The translations under genes and the position numbers were made by a program. The notes beneath the pieces are model-generated. The model worked only from the letters and a program-made list of their open reading frames with translations, was not told the DNA's origin and did no database searches. From the human T2T-CHM13v2.0 reference genome, Homo sapiens, in NCBI RefSeq assembly GCF_009914755.1, contig NC_060925.1: DNA of 64,000 nt; one strand, written 5' to 3'. Numbering within the stretch: position 1 is the stretch's first letter; the number at the start of each line of letters is the position of its first letter. Of this stretch, positions 13,786 to 29,050 are shown piece by piece.

Positions 13786-14582
13786 ATGTTATTATTGTTG
13801 CTATGTAGAAAAAATTTCACAGAAATGATAAAACCCTATCTCATGATCGTGACTACAACTGGAGAGAGGTGCACGGAAGATTTCACCCTTATCTGTATTT
13901 TATTTATTTAACAAAAATATTTGAATCTACCCTGGTGAACCCCAGCAGGGGATACATGGGTATTGTACATACATGTACTCCTAACGGTCCAGTGTTGCAA
14001 AAGACAGAAGCCAACCCCAGGACCTGCCCTATTTTCTTAAGAAATGCCTTGAGATGACTTCATGTCCCCTTTCTTACTTTCAAGGAATTGGAGGAGCAGT
14101 TAGTTACATCACGTGTTTGACTAACCAGTGAATAAGTAAGAAGAGACCATTTTAGATGACAGTCTTCCAATTTAGTGGAAATTATAAAGTTGACCTAAAG
14201 CAGATAAAATGTAAGATTCATCATATTAATAATTGGGACTATAGGGGCATAAGTCTCCCATTTACTAAAGGAACATCCTAAACTCCCCTTCTGACCCTCA
14301 TCCTCAGGAACAGATGTTGAACTCATGGTAGTCTGGGTAGCACTGTGCAGAAGAGAACATTGTGAGCTGGCAAATTGACACAGAGATGCTACCCAAAAAT
14401 GGGGACATCTCTGAGGAAGCCTACAGCACTATTTCTATAATGAAAATTCGTTTGGCTAAGAGAATTGCAGCTCCTCATGGTTGGGATTGAAACATTTGCT
14501 TTTGGAAAGCCCATGATAGAAAAGGTGCACTTTTCTGTGTTAGATTTGATCAAATACTAAGATTCGAACTTAGTCCCTCAGC

Positions 14583-14593
14583 TGCTGAGTCAT
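14583..14593 (-). promoter_or_regulatory. NF-E2/NRF2-MAF (ARE) motif ATGACTCAGCA overlapping an E-box
   Basis: tgctgagtcat exact match, cagctg at 14579-14584; motif only, no functional evidence. Confidence 0.3.
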
Positions 14594-15254
14594 TAACAGA
14601 CATACTCCCCATTCTCCTTAGAGCTGTCTAGAGCCTGCCTCATTTGTAGAGGAGAGTCTTAGAAATGAAGAGCTCAAGGCCCTTAGGAGGACATAGGCTT
14701 GGGAGGCAGGGAGTTCCACAGAAACACATTCCTTTGGTTTTGCACTTGTGTGTAGGGCCCACTCTGTGTCCGGCTCACCCTTTGGTCCTGATCAGCTGAC
14801 CAGCATCTGCCATTGGTCTATCCACACTGAAAGGATAAGCACTGTCCATAGACATAGGCTTGATTGTCAAGTGGGCCAGCCTTGTAAGAATTCTCAAGCC
14901 CTTTCCAAAGTTCCCACAGATAACCCACTGTTGTCACAACCTTAGGGTTGCTCCTGAACCAAGGTGGAGGAACAGAAAGTTACGCTACAACTTAGAGAGC
15001 TTCCTACACAGTTTCTCATTCCACCAGCTTCACTCTCCTGCAGGTAGCATGAATCATTTCCACTGCCTCCCACCTGACGGAGTGGAAGAGTCTCTGTCCA
15101 TGCAGCTGTTACCCAAAGGTGTTCCTGCTTCACTTCAGTGAAGGAATCATTATGTTAACTCCAAGCTAACATGCGGACATGAGTTCTCTCTTCCGAATTT
15201 TCTCTTCTCCTGCAGGTCTCCCTGCCGGTCCTAATTTTCATCATTCCCCAAAGA

Positions 15255-15430
15255 ACATCATAAAGCTAACCTTTATGTGGTAGACATTAATATTATTTCC
15301 ATTTTAGAGATGGCGAATTAAGTCTTAGAGAGATTAAAATTCCAAAGTTACACAACATGTGGTAGAGTGAGTATTTAAAGTCAAGTCTGTTGGTCTAATT
15401 TCAAAACTTGCACCCTTAATGACTGTACTG
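15255..15430 (-). mobile_element. MIR
   Basis: attatttccattttagagatgg..agagagattaa..aaagttacaca. Confidence 0.7.
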
Positions 15431-15869
15431 CGTGGTCCTATGAAACATTTGCTAATTACTTCAAGGAGTGGGAATTACACAAAGTAGGAAGAGAGTGAAA
15501 CACCTCATAAGTACATAATTAGTCACATTCCTTTTAATATCATCTGGAGAATCTACAGGAAATAAGTTATTATCAGTGGTATATGTCTTGTCAGAGAGAG
15601 GTAAATAAAAGCGACATGAATAATGTCAGGAGGAAAATAAAGCTGAGGCCTACTGTAATCCTCCAGATGGCGAAGATATTTTTGTATGTGTCATTTCCCA
15701 ATCTTCTCAACAATGTGTTATTACCACTTGTTTTGCACTAACTGGCTGGATAACTGTCAGGATGGGCTTCTAAGCAATGACATTGAGAATTCTTGAATAG
15801 CTGAATAGTCTGATGGGGTGGGGAGGGAGGTTGGCAACAAGGATAACTAAGAGGAAAAAGCACAACAGT

Positions 15870-16770
15870 TATACAGAAAATGGGTTAGGAGACAGCGAAT
15901 TGATGATGCCCAAGCGGGGTCTTGAAAAATGATTAAGAGCAAGATAAAAGGTGAAGAGTATTCTAGATTCATGAACAGTGTGGACAAAGAGATGAAAATG
16001 CCATGGTCTGAATGTTTGTTCCTTCAAAAGTCATATGCTGAATTCCTAATGCCCAGGATGATGGTATTAGGTGTTGGATGTTGAGAGGTGATTAGGTCAT
16101 GAAGGTTGTATCCTCATAAATGGGATTAGTGCCTTATAAAAGATGCCCCAGAGAGCTTCCTTGCCTCTTTCACTATGTGAGGATACAGCTAGAAGGTGCC
16201 AACTGTGAACCAGGAAACGGGCCCTCACCAGACACTGAATTTGTTGGTGCCGTGAGTTTGGATTTCTGAGCCTGCAGAACTGTGAGAAATAAACTTCTGT
16301 TGTTTATAAGCTACCCACTCTATGGTATTTTCTTATAGCAGGCCAATGGAATAAGACAGAAAGCAAAAAACACCATGGGATTAAGAACAACTATACATAA
16401 TTTGGTTTTCCTGCAGGCAGGAAATGAAAACATTGAGGTAGAAGAGATAGGCAGACTCTGGAAAATGGAGTGCATTTGGCACATGTGAAGGAGTTTGGGC
16501 TTTAGTCTGGGAATAGTGGGAAACCACCAAGTGGTCTTAGGCAGACAGGTGATATATCAAGTTTGCATTTTTAGTGGTAAGACATTTAGGTAGGAAACCA
16601 GTAAAGAATTGATTGCAACTGTCGGGGTGAGAGATGATGAGGGACAGACTCAAATCAATGACAATGAAATTGGAAGGGGAGAAAGAGACAAGAGATATTT
16701 GAAAGTTAGAATCAGAAAGATTTGGTGTCTGACAGGATTTAAGAAGTAAGAGAAAGATAATGGTTTGGGT
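15870..16770 (-). mobile_element. L2 fragment hosting an MLT1A LTR
   Basis: aaggagtttgggctttag..tcaagtttgcatttt..gagagatgatga motifs on both sides of the LTR. Confidence 0.7.
15999..16358 (+). mobile_element. MLT1A/MLT1A0 solo LTR
   Basis: tgccatggtctgaatgtttg...gaactgtgagaaataaacttctgttgtttataagctaccc...taagaca; TSD gaaaa/gaaag. Confidence 0.9.
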
Positions 16771-17229
16771 CACCCTCCAGGGGTCCCCACATTGGCTACT
16801 TCAAGGACAGAGAAACATCTTTCCCCTTTGCCTCTCCTGAGGCAGCCCCAGGGCTAGCCCACTAAATCTCTGTTTCTATTCATGGCGGTTCTTTAGGAAA
16901 CTTATCACTTTGCTTCCCCACGAGGCCTATGTGAGCATCCATTCTGGGATTGGGGTTATTTACACTTACCTACATGGAAGGATCCTCAGGGGTCCTTAGG
17001 CAAGTTGTTTTATGTTCTGCCCAGAGCTCTGTATGGAGCTCTGTATCTCAGGAGGCTGGGATAATTCCAATAAATTAGTGAAAACTTGCATGACACCTTT
17101 CCTTAGGGCAGGAAACTGCCTGCTACATATCTGCATAACCAAGAAGGGACACAAGGTGACCTTTTAACACTGCTAGCACAAAAAGTGACTACACTTTAAG
17201 AAGGAAAACAAAACAACTACATCAGCTAC

Positions 17230-17640
17230 ACCAGCCTCTAGGAAGCAGTTAAAACAATGGAAGTAGATCAGATCATCCAGGGAGCAATGTAGAATGAGAA
17301 AAATATCACGAGGATAGGTCCTCAGGAGACACCAACTTTTAGACAGAATCTTTTACTATAAAAATGCAGGGGCAGAGCATTTTAAGGGAATAGCAATGAA
17401 CTGTCAAACGTATCAAAGTTCTGCTAAGACCGATGCACTTAACAAGAACTGCTTCAGGGGATTTTTTGGGGTAGAAGCCAGATTACAGCAAGTTGAGATT
17501 TTAATGGAAGGTAAAAGAAGTGTCTTAGAAGAAAATAAATCATGAGGCAAATAGAGGGGAGAAGTTGCTTATGAGCATGGTTATAAGATGATCAATGGAA
17601 AGGGCAGATTGAAAACAGAGAAAACAGAGGGATGATGATT
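17230..17640 (-). mobile_element. L2 fragment
   Basis: tagatcagatcatccagggag..gtagaagccagattacag; degraded L2 body. Confidence 0.55.
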
Positions 17641-17841
17641 GCTGGAGCTGAGTCCTGCTGGGGACAGGAGGAGCTGACATCCAAAGTGCAGAGCAGTGTG
17701 TTTGCCTTGAACCAGAGAAAGGACAATTCATTTTGCTCCACAAATAAAGAAAAGAAAGGGAGAATATAAATGTAGGTAATTATGTGGGTAGAGAGACAGG
17801 AAGTTCAGATATTTCATGCCTAATTAACCTTAAATTTCTCA

Positions 17842-18105
<264 letters not shown>

Positions 18106-18764
18106 TCAGTGTTTGGTATTAAATCTCCCACTAGTACTATTAACCCTAGTGGCTCCAATTTCCAGGATTGGGTGCTTATCTCCCCTGGTGCAGGAATAAA
18201 GGTAACCTAGAGCCTTAATCCAGAGTTGGCTAAGTAGGCGTGACAGCAGATGCATGAACACTTTGCATTACATTAAAGTTGACTGAATATGTACCATCAA
18301 AATAAATAATGTGGTGGCCCACCACTTGTATTATTTACTATACAGGTGCTCCATATATCAATAGTTTTGTTTGCATGTAGTTTTTTTCAGCATGGAAAAA
18401 GAACCAGGGGTTTCAGATTCTTTTTGTGGTAAAGAATGGAAGTATAGCTCTTTTGACAAGTTGGGCTTTGTTTTGACAAGCTGAGCTGAAATCAATCTCA
18501 TGTATTTTATTTGTTAATATTTCCTCAGAATCTGAGGTTTTCTAGATTCATTGTTAAGATATTTAAGAGGGTAAATGACACTATTTTATGACCAATTCAA
18601 ATAAAATGGATTATAATCAACTTAGTAAGTGTAACACATTGATTCAGTCTGTTCCCCCTTCCACCAAATTAAGAACTTCTATAAATATCAGCACAACTTT
18701 ATGATATGGGAAAGTAAAACAAATTACACTTATGGAAAAAACAGCTCATTAGTAAAAAGGCTAA

Positions 18765-19312
<548 letters not shown>

Positions 19313-21297
19313 TAAAATGTTGAGCAAAGGTTTGCTACAGATTCACAAATCTAGAATGAGAGAGCCATTTAAAGAGGAGTTGGCTTCTGAATAGAAGATT
19401 CCTTTGGTCAAATTAATTTCAAGCTAATTAATTTCTATTGAAGACGAATCAATTCAAATAAAACATTTCATTAAAGCACTAGCCTGGTTACATAATAAAA
19501 TCGTACAAATAAAACAGTGAGTTTTCACCTTCCTCACGTGGCATTCAGAGGTATTGACCTGAATTTATATGTGAGGAACCTTAGTTAAATCCATTTTAGG
19601 CCATGGATAAGCCTTTTTTGCTGTAGGCCATAAATGCAGTAGTATTTATTTCCAGATGTTTCCATGTGAAAACAAAGTGGGAAAATATACAAAGAGGAGG
19701 TGTGAAGGTCTAGATTTTTATTTTAAACAAGTTCATCCTTGCTACTGAGTTTCATAAAGCTAATGTAAAACTCAGGATATCGTAAACACACACTGCTTCT
19801 AGCATACAGTGTTTGCAGCCATTTCTAGGTCAAAGACCAACTCATAAAAGAGGGGTGGAAGTCTCTAGGAAGTGAACCCACTTATTTTGGCCCTTTGCCC
19901 TTCAGAGGTATTAGAAGAGTGGTAAGACTCAGAGGAAGGAAAGGGAGATTGTGAGAATGGGGCTTGGTGACTTCTCTAGGCACTCATTATTTCCAGCCTG
20001 GATGGGGGCACAATCATCTTGATGGTCGGATGGAGAGCAGAAGGAAACAGCAGCACAGGGAAGTGCTGCCAGATGTCAGGTAATAGGCAGAGGATTTGGG
20101 GAAGCAGTCCAGATGACATTAGTTTCTGTCCCTCATTTCACACACACATCTGTCTAGTTTGGACTAGATGTTAACTTGTCTGGTGACAGAGCTGAACCCA
20201 GAACCAGATATCTTGCAAGATCTTTTCTACCTCTGAGATTGCTGCCAGGGGAGACCTGAGTAGGAGCACACAGATCCACAGATCATCTGCTGGTCACTAG
20301 AATAAGCGGACCAAGGAGCATACTCGCAGATATGAGCAATCAGCTGAATGGAATTTGAGGAATATTGTAGAACTAAAATATAAAGTGTTCCCTGGGAAAA
20401 TTACCTTGGCTCCTTCAGAGGAAAAACAATTGTTTAAATTCTTTACCATTTAGAATACCTAACAGAGTATGCGCCTAGATGTCAGGTTAGAGGAAATCAG
20501 TTTAAATGAAATTGAAATTAGGTCAGCCTTCTCTAAATGAAGTAGAAAATGGTAAAAGCTTTCATGAGGCTAGGGAACTGGGTTAGAAGTTAGTTTTCTG
20601 TCTTTCTGGGGTGAGGATGTCTCTGTGTTCCTCCCCTGGGATATAACCTGGCAGATCTAGGGAACACTAAGATAATGAAACACTGGGGCAAGCAGTACAC
20701 ATGTAAACCTCCTCTACTTCCTTGCCTTGTCTGCTACTTCCCTCAACGCGGCAGCATTTCCTCACTCCGCATCCTCCATGCAGCTCCACCTAAATTCCCA
20801 TTTCACAGCCTTGACTCTCACTCTCTCCAGCTTTCCCTACTACAACATTCATTCAAACTACCCCTCCTAGGGCCACTTCCCTTGGGGTCTTTGGGGTATG
20901 ACTTTTCAAGGAATGGGGAGGAACATTTCCTTGCTGAGAAAATACACCTAAACAAATGCTTCTTTATAGAAAAATAGATTCAGTTTTTAAAAATTCAATT
21001 AAAATATTCACACATGAAATGCCCACAGACCTTTCTTTCTTCAAGTTTACTGATTTACTTCTGCCTGACTCTCCTTTTACTGTAACGGTGTTGGCAGGTT
21101 TCCCTTGCCAAGTCACCAGACAGCTTGTACATACAAACATAGCTAACTTTTGCCTTTCAGTTTATGTAATCACCTGACAGATTGGAGAAATTGTTGCGGT
21201 AAAAACAAATCAAAGAGAATTTTATAATTTCTTTCTAGATGTCTGTGAATCCAAGCAGTCTCTGAAATACAGCCAGTAAAAACCTATTCCAAGTATC

Positions 21298-23019
21298 TTT
21301 TTTTCTTTTTCATTTTTTTTTAAATTATACTTTAAGTTCTGGGATACATGTGCTGAACACACAGGTTTGTTACATAGGTATACATGTGCCATGATGGTTT
21401 GCTACACCTATCAACCTGTCATCTAGGTTTTAAGGTCCACCTGCATTAGGTATTTGTCCTAATGCTCTCCCTCCCCTTGCCTCTCACCCTCCGACAGGCC
21501 CCAGTGTGTGATATTTCCCTCCCCGTGTCCCTGTGTTCTCATTGTTCAGCTCTGACTTATAAGTGAGAACATGTGGTGTTTGGTTTTCTGTTCCTGTATT
21601 AGTTTTCTGAGGATAATGGTTTCCAGCTTCATCCATGTCCCTGCAAAGTTCACGGACACATTTCTTTTTAAGGCTGCATAGTATTCCATGGTATATATGT
21701 GCCACATTTTCTTTATCCAGTCTATCATTGATGGCCATTTGGGTTGGTTCCATGACTTTGCTGTTGTAAATAGTGCTGCAATAAACATACGTGTGCATGC
21801 ATCTTTACAGTAGAATGATTTATAATCCTTGCATATATACCCAGTCAAATGATATTTCTGGTTCTAGATCCTTGAGGAATTGCCACACTGTCTTCCACAA
21901 TGGTTGAACTAATTTACGCTCCCACCAACAGTGTAAAAGTGTTCCTGTTTCTCTGCATCCTCGTCAGCATCTGTTGTTTCCTGACTTTTTAATGATCTCC
22001 ATTCTAACTGGTGTGAGATGGTCTCTCATTGTGGTTTTGATTTGCATTTCTCTAATGACCAGTGATCATGAGCTTTTCTTCATATGTTTCTTGGCCACAT
22101 AATGTCTTCTTTTTGAGAAGTGTCCGTTCATATCCTTTGCCCACTTTTTGATGGGGTTTTGTTTTCTTGCAAATTTGTTTCAGTTCTTTAAGTTTCTTGT
22201 AAGGTTTGGATATTAGACCTTTGTCAGATGGGTAGATTGTAAAAATTTTCTCCTATTCTGCAGGTTGCCTGTTCACTCTGATGATAGTTTATTTTGTTGT
22301 ACAGAAGCTCTTTAGTTTAATTAGAACCCATTTGTCAATTTTGGCTTTTGTTGCAATTTCTTCTGGTGTTTTAGTCATGAGGTCTTTGCCCATGCCTATG
22401 TCCTGAATGGTATTGCCTAGGTTTTCTTCTAGGGTTTTTATAGTTTTAGGTTTTACATTTAAGTCTTTAATCCATCTTGAGTTAATTTTTGTATAAGGTG
22501 TAAGGAAGGAGTCCAGTTTCTGTTTTCTGCCTATGGCTAGCCAGTTTTCCCAGTACCATTTATTAAATAGGGAATCCTTTCCCCATTGCTTGTTTTTGTC
22601 AGGTTTGCTGAAGATCAGATGGTTGTAGGTGTGTGGTGTTATTTCTGAGGACTCTGTTCTGTTACATTGGTCTATATATCTGTTTTGGTACCAAGACCAT
22701 GCTGTTTTGGTTACTGTAGCCTTGCAGTATAGTTTGAAGTCAGGTAGCATGATGCTTCCCTTTGTTCTTTTTGTTTAAAATTGTCTTGGCTATATGAGCT
22801 CTTTTTGATTCCATATGAAATTTAAAGTATTTTTTTCTAGTTCTGTGAGGAAAGTCAATGGAGACTTGACAGGAATAGCATTAAATCTATAAATTACTTT
22901 CGGCAGTGTGGCCATTTTCAGGATACTGATTCTTTCTATCCATGAGCATGGAATGCTTTTCCATTGTTTGTGTTCTCTCTTATTTCCTTGAGCAGTGGTT
23001 TGTAGTTCTCCTTGAAGAG
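21298..23019 (-). mobile_element. 5'-truncated L1 (L1PA8-like), about 1.7 kb
   Basis: Poly-T, L1PA7/8-type 3'UTR, ORF2 C-terminal peptides (LPDFKLY.., WNQPKWPSMIDWIKK). Confidence 0.93.
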
Positions 23020-23559
23020 AAGGACTTAGCTCTGAGAGAGTGTATTGTTTCCTATTACCTTTAGTAGATTAGTAGTTCCAAGAATTAGAGATGAGGCACC
23101 CAAAGTTCAAGAGACTCCTACTTATCCAAGTGGGAATGATAATAAAAGATGCTTGGAGGACCTTCAGCATCCATCTTGGGTGCATCATATCTAATTCTTG
23201 GAACTACTCACCCACTAAAGCTAATAGGAAAGGATACACTCTCTCAGAGTTAAGTCTTCCTAAGCATTGATTTCACAAAAGATGCATACCTCATATTATG
23301 AAATATCATGACTATGATTATGACTATAATATTATGATTATGAAGATTGTACACCTAAAACCAGTAAGATGATAAATTTTATGTTATGTGTATTTTATCA
23401 CAATAAACAAAATTGAAAAATTTATGAAGATATACAGATTAAGCAGGGTATAACCAATATCAATTAAATGCATGGGTCTCTGGAAAGTTATGGTGTTTTG
23501 CACCCAGAAGGAAATCACTCTCCCTTTTACCAAAATAAATTGTAATTTTGGCTTTCCTC

Positions 23560-24483
23560 CCTTCAACAAATTTACAAGAAAAAAATCAAACAACCCCATT
23601 AAAAAGTGGGCAAAGAAAATGAACAGACACTTCTAAAGAGAAGACATACATGCGGCCAGCAAATATATGAAAAGAAGGTCAACATCACTGATCTTTAGAG
23701 AAATGCAAATCAAAACCACGATGAGATACCATCTCAAGCCAGTTAGAACGGCTGTTGTAAAAAGTCAAAAAACAACATGCTGGTGAGATCGTGGAGAAAA
23801 AAAGAACACTTTTACATGGTTGATGGGAGTGTAAATTAGTTCAACCATTGTGGAAGACAATGTGGGTATTCCTCAAAGACCTAGAGGCAGAAATACCATT
23901 TGACCCAGCAATCCCATTACTGGGTATATACCGAAAGGAATATAAATCATTCTATGATAAAGATATACGCATGCATATGTTCATTGCAGCACTATTCATG
24001 ATAACAAAAACATGGAATCAACCTAAATACCCATCAATGACAGACTAGATTAAAAAAAAGTGTGGTACTTATATATCATGCAATACTATGCAGCCATAAA
24101 AAGGAACAGATCATGCACTTCACAGGGACATGAATGGAGCTGGAAGCCATTATCCTCAGCAAACTAACTCAGAAACAGAAAACCAAATACTGCATGTTCT
24201 CACTTATAAGTGGAAGCTGAATGATGAAAACACATGGACACATGGGGGGAAACAACACATATTGGGGCCTGTTGGAGGGTTGGGGTGGTTGGAGGGAGAG
24301 CATCAAGATTAGCTAATGGATGCTGTGCTTGATAGCTGGATGATGAGATGATCTGTGCAGCAAACCAAGATGGCACACGTTTACCTATATAACAAACCTG
24401 TTCATTCCACACATGTACCCCTGAACTTAAAAGTTAGAAATAAAAAGGAAAGAAAGAAAGAAAAACATTTATACAGGAAAAAA
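23560..24483 (+). mobile_element. 5'-truncated older primate L1 (L1PA11-15-like)
   Basis: ORF2 end ([14 protein letters not shown]), 3'UTR and A tail; TSD aatt[t/g]tggctttcctc at 23544-23559 and 24484-24499. Confidence 0.92.
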
Positions 24484-25154
24484 AATTGTGGCTTTCCTCT
24501 GCTCTCTAAAGGTTTTACTTCTCAAAACTTTTCTTTTTTTCTAATTTGTAATACTGAAGAAAATTAAAGAGCAAACCCTTTCTTAACCAGCTTTTTCATG
24601 TATCACAATTGAAGACCTCTGTGGGTATATGGAAGTAAAACAGTGACATTTGGATTATAACTATTAACACTATTAACATTACTGATGTGTAGAAATGTTC
24701 CCATAACTGTGGTGACTGGCATTTGGTAAATACTTGGCAAGGGCACTTTGAGTAAGTAGGAAATAACATAAGTAAAATAAGGGTATGTGGCTTTTTTCGT
24801 GGTGGTGACCTGTGGGACTCCCATAGGCATGAATCTACTCTTTTCCTTGCTGCTCTATTTGTCCTCCCTCCTTTCCGTCTTTAAAGTGTGTTTAATTAAA
24901 AACCACATTGTAAGCTTGTTTGGATCTCCATTTATTGTCTATTGTTAAATTTTCTTTACTTAGAGGAGAAAAAGGGGCTGAGTGGAAAAGTAATATCAGA
25001 TATTATATTAACTATCATAGGAAGGCATGATTTAAGATATGTTGATTCAGGCACTTGTAGTCTTGCAAAAAGACAGAGTTAAAACTTGGCTTAGCAGTGG
25101 CCAGATGTGAACTTTGAAGTGACTCCCAAACATTGTGTGGGCTTCAGAATAAAC

Positions 25155-25355
25155 AATGGGTTCAAATCCTGGCTCTAAATATGTGAGCTTTATGACCTTA
25201 GACAGGTTATTTAACTTATTTAAGCCTTAATTTCTTTATCTGTAAAACTGACTAATACAAATACTTGCCTCTTAAGGTTTTTATGAGTTTTACTACACAC
25301 GTAAGCACACAAAATGGTACTTGGACAGAGTACATATTCAAACACTGCTAGCTAT
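25155..25355 (+). mobile_element. MIR
   Basis: gggttcaaatcctggctct..tgaccttagacaggttatttaac..tttctttatctgtaaaa. Confidence 0.85.
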
Positions 25356-25739
25356 ATACATTCTTTCCTCAATATTCTAGGAAATTCAAACAAAAGCCAA
25401 GATCTCCCCTATTTTCTTTAGATAATTGTTGCTATGTAGAGATGGATACAGAATATAGGAAAGGGGGAAACCATGCAAAGAAGTAAGAGACTGGAGAGAA
25501 TGATATTATTCTCAGAATTCCCTTGTAGAAGCTTCATAGCAGAGAAGATTTAAAAATCATCCAAGTCTTCTGCATCAAGGTGAAGGACTTGGTTTGGACC
25601 AACTGTCCATCTTTTTGATGAAAGGAACCTCCATGGCAAACAGCATTCTCTGGAGGCCTGGAAAAATTGAGAATAGCACTGGCTACAAAACTTGCTTGAG
25701 AAGAGTAAAGCAGCACTTTGCTATGCAGAAGGCACCTCC

Positions 25740-26440
<701 letters not shown>

Positions 26441-26713
26441 AACAAAAGAAAGTAGAATGGTTTGAAAAGGTCCTTCATTTGTTCTAATTGCTTGAACTAC
26501 TTGTGTTTCCAAGGCCCATCCTGGCATAATAGCTCAGAGAGACACAGAAAGGAGAAAAGTTTTAAAACAAAATTTTCAACAAAAAAAGGAAATAAATAGA
26601 AGTTATGCTGTATAATGCTTTTAGTCTCATTTGAAAGCAGCTGTGTAGATTTAGGGCCCCAAGGAAAAGTCTTCCATCCCAGCCTTCACCCTCCCCAATT
26701 CCTGGAACAAGTG

Positions 26714-26744
<31 letters not shown>

Positions 26745-27689
26745 CTGCAATGAACTTTTGGTTGCTGCCAGTACCTGAACGGCATTTGTGAGAATCTGTG
26801 GGAAGGAATCCTGAGTGTAAAATTTATCTCACATCTCTTCCTCTGGATGGAGATTGGCTTTATGTGGTGAAAAGCTTCGCACCTCATTGAAATGTATGTG
26901 TCTGCAGGATGCTTTCAGATTCTTAGAGTCCCGTCTTAGCATGTCATATTTGTTGACTATCCCTGTCAGCCTATCAGTGGGTTTCAACTGTAGTTTCATG
27001 TGTGGTAAGTGGCAATGAAGAAGCCCAGGGTAGTTCCATCCCAGAAAATGGGACCTACCCACCTCTGACCAGTGGAAAACACATGGCCAGGAAAAAGTCC
27101 CTTATAAGGTACATGGCTCTAAAGTAACCAATTAGCTGAACAACTAACCTTTCATCTCTCTAGCTAGATGACTAATAAATAAATCACTTATGACAGCTGG
27201 AATAGAGTTGGAGATGATAACAGTTTAGAGCTATATATATATATTAACATTATTTATTCAAGAGCCATAAACAAACTAGCCCCTAATTATCTCTGCAACC
27301 CTATTTCCTTCTAGTCCCTACCCCACAGCCAGCACATTCACCCAGCAATTTGTCTAGGCCTTTCACTGTTTCAGTCCATGCTTAGAATGTATTCTTTTCC
27401 TTTAAGCCTATTTTAACAATTCTTGAATCTTTCCTTATGACTCAGCTTACTTCCTCCCTCATCCATGGGTTCATTTTGAGTAACTCTAGTTTCTCTTAAC
27501 TCACTCACCTCTGAATAACACTTATGCTCACATCTTATAACCTTAAACTCACTATTCTTGCCCTGCTCCAGATTATGTTAATGGGATGCTGGTGGGTTAG
27601 CACTGTGATATTGGTCAAGTCACTGTATTGCTCTCAATTTTTTTTTTCTTTTTTGTTTATCCTCCTTGACATCAATTTTCTCCATTCCA

Positions 27690-28620
27690 GTCCTATACTA
27701 GAACAATCATGTTGAAAAACTGAAAGTAATTGTGTCATTCCTTATCTTAAAAAGCTTCTAATTTCCCTCTGTTGCCTATGGGATAGAATCTAAACACTTT
27801 TAACATTGCATTCAAGTCCCTTCAAAATCTAATCCCAACCCACATTCTCACCCTGATAATTTATCCCTTATATTTTGCCCTTTGAAGTGTTGTTTTGTTC
27901 TCTGGAAACCATGGGCCTTTTTACCTGCAGTTCCCTTTCCTTATAATATCGTTTTCTGCAGTCTTTTCCTATCCATCCTTTAGAATTCTAATTCAAAAGT
28001 CACTTTCTCAATATTTCCACACCACTAGTCTAATATTTCTCTAATAACAGTTAATAAATACATGTCTCTCTAATCTCTAATAACACTGTGTACACCTGTC
28101 AGTTATTTACTGGGCATCTATTATGTTTCAGGGATTATTGCTGGATGCTGGAGACCCAAAGGCAAAAAAACTCAGAGAATTCAAGGAATTCTCAGTCTAG
28201 TGAGAAAAATGACAAGGAATGAATAATCACAATGCTATGAGAGAAACAATATTGGGCATATAGAGAGAGTTCTAGAGAAACATGAAGGGAGCAGCATGTC
28301 TCTTTTCAATGCCAAATGAGGAAGTTAGGAAAGTTTTCCTGGATGAAATGATCATTCTTTCCATGTCTGTATCCTAACTCAACTTTGAACTCATCAAAGG
28401 CAGGAACTATATTTTAGTTATTTTTCTGTCTCTTGTAATCTAGCAGTGTAACTTATGGTGCTAGATTACGAAAATTACTTCAGGTTTCTTTAGTTCAGCC
28501 TCCTTGATGTACATATTAAATATTTCATTCATTCATTCATTCATACCTGTGTTCCAGGTACACTGCTAGATTACAAGAGACAGAAAAATAACTAAAAGTT
28601 ATTTAGTCCTAACTTTCAGT
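27690..28620. mobile_element. Cluster of L2 fragments in both orientations
   Basis: tgcctatgggatagaatctaaac; ttatttactgggcatctattatg; (attc)n L2 tails. Confidence 0.55.
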
Positions 28621-28699
28621 TTATAGGAAATATAGGTTTAGAGCAACAAGTTAAAACATCACCCCCACCCTGGGCTCCCCTACTACCCACCCCCCAACA

Positions 28700-29050
28700 C
28701 ACAGAATGTAGCCTGTGGGATTTTCTACAAAACAACTTACCTGGTCCTATCAAAAAGTCAATTGTCATAAAAACAAAACCAAATAAAACGTTGTGGGACT
28801 GGGGTCTGTCCTAAATCAAAAGAAATTAAATTCTAACCAAAAGGTGTTCTGGAGACAACTGGGGCAACTTGAATATTGATTAGATAGAAGACAATTACTA
28901 GGAAATCACTATTAATGTCTTAAGGGTGTTTGTGCTATTTGCTATTATGTGTATGTAAGAGAATATTTATTCTTACTTTTAGAAAACCCTAGCAGAATTA
29001 ATTAGGATGAGGTGTCATAATGAAAATGGAGTTAAAAGAAAAAAGTTAAT
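28700..29050 (+). mobile_element. L1MC4/5-like 3'UTR fragment
   Basis: gggattttctacaaaacaact..gagacaactggggcaacttgaatat. Confidence 0.5.

Noticed and set aside
21298-24483. Divergent L1 pair as one twin-primed element
   Set aside because: Each has its own 3' end and tail, they differ in subfamily, and about 540 bp of other DNA separates them
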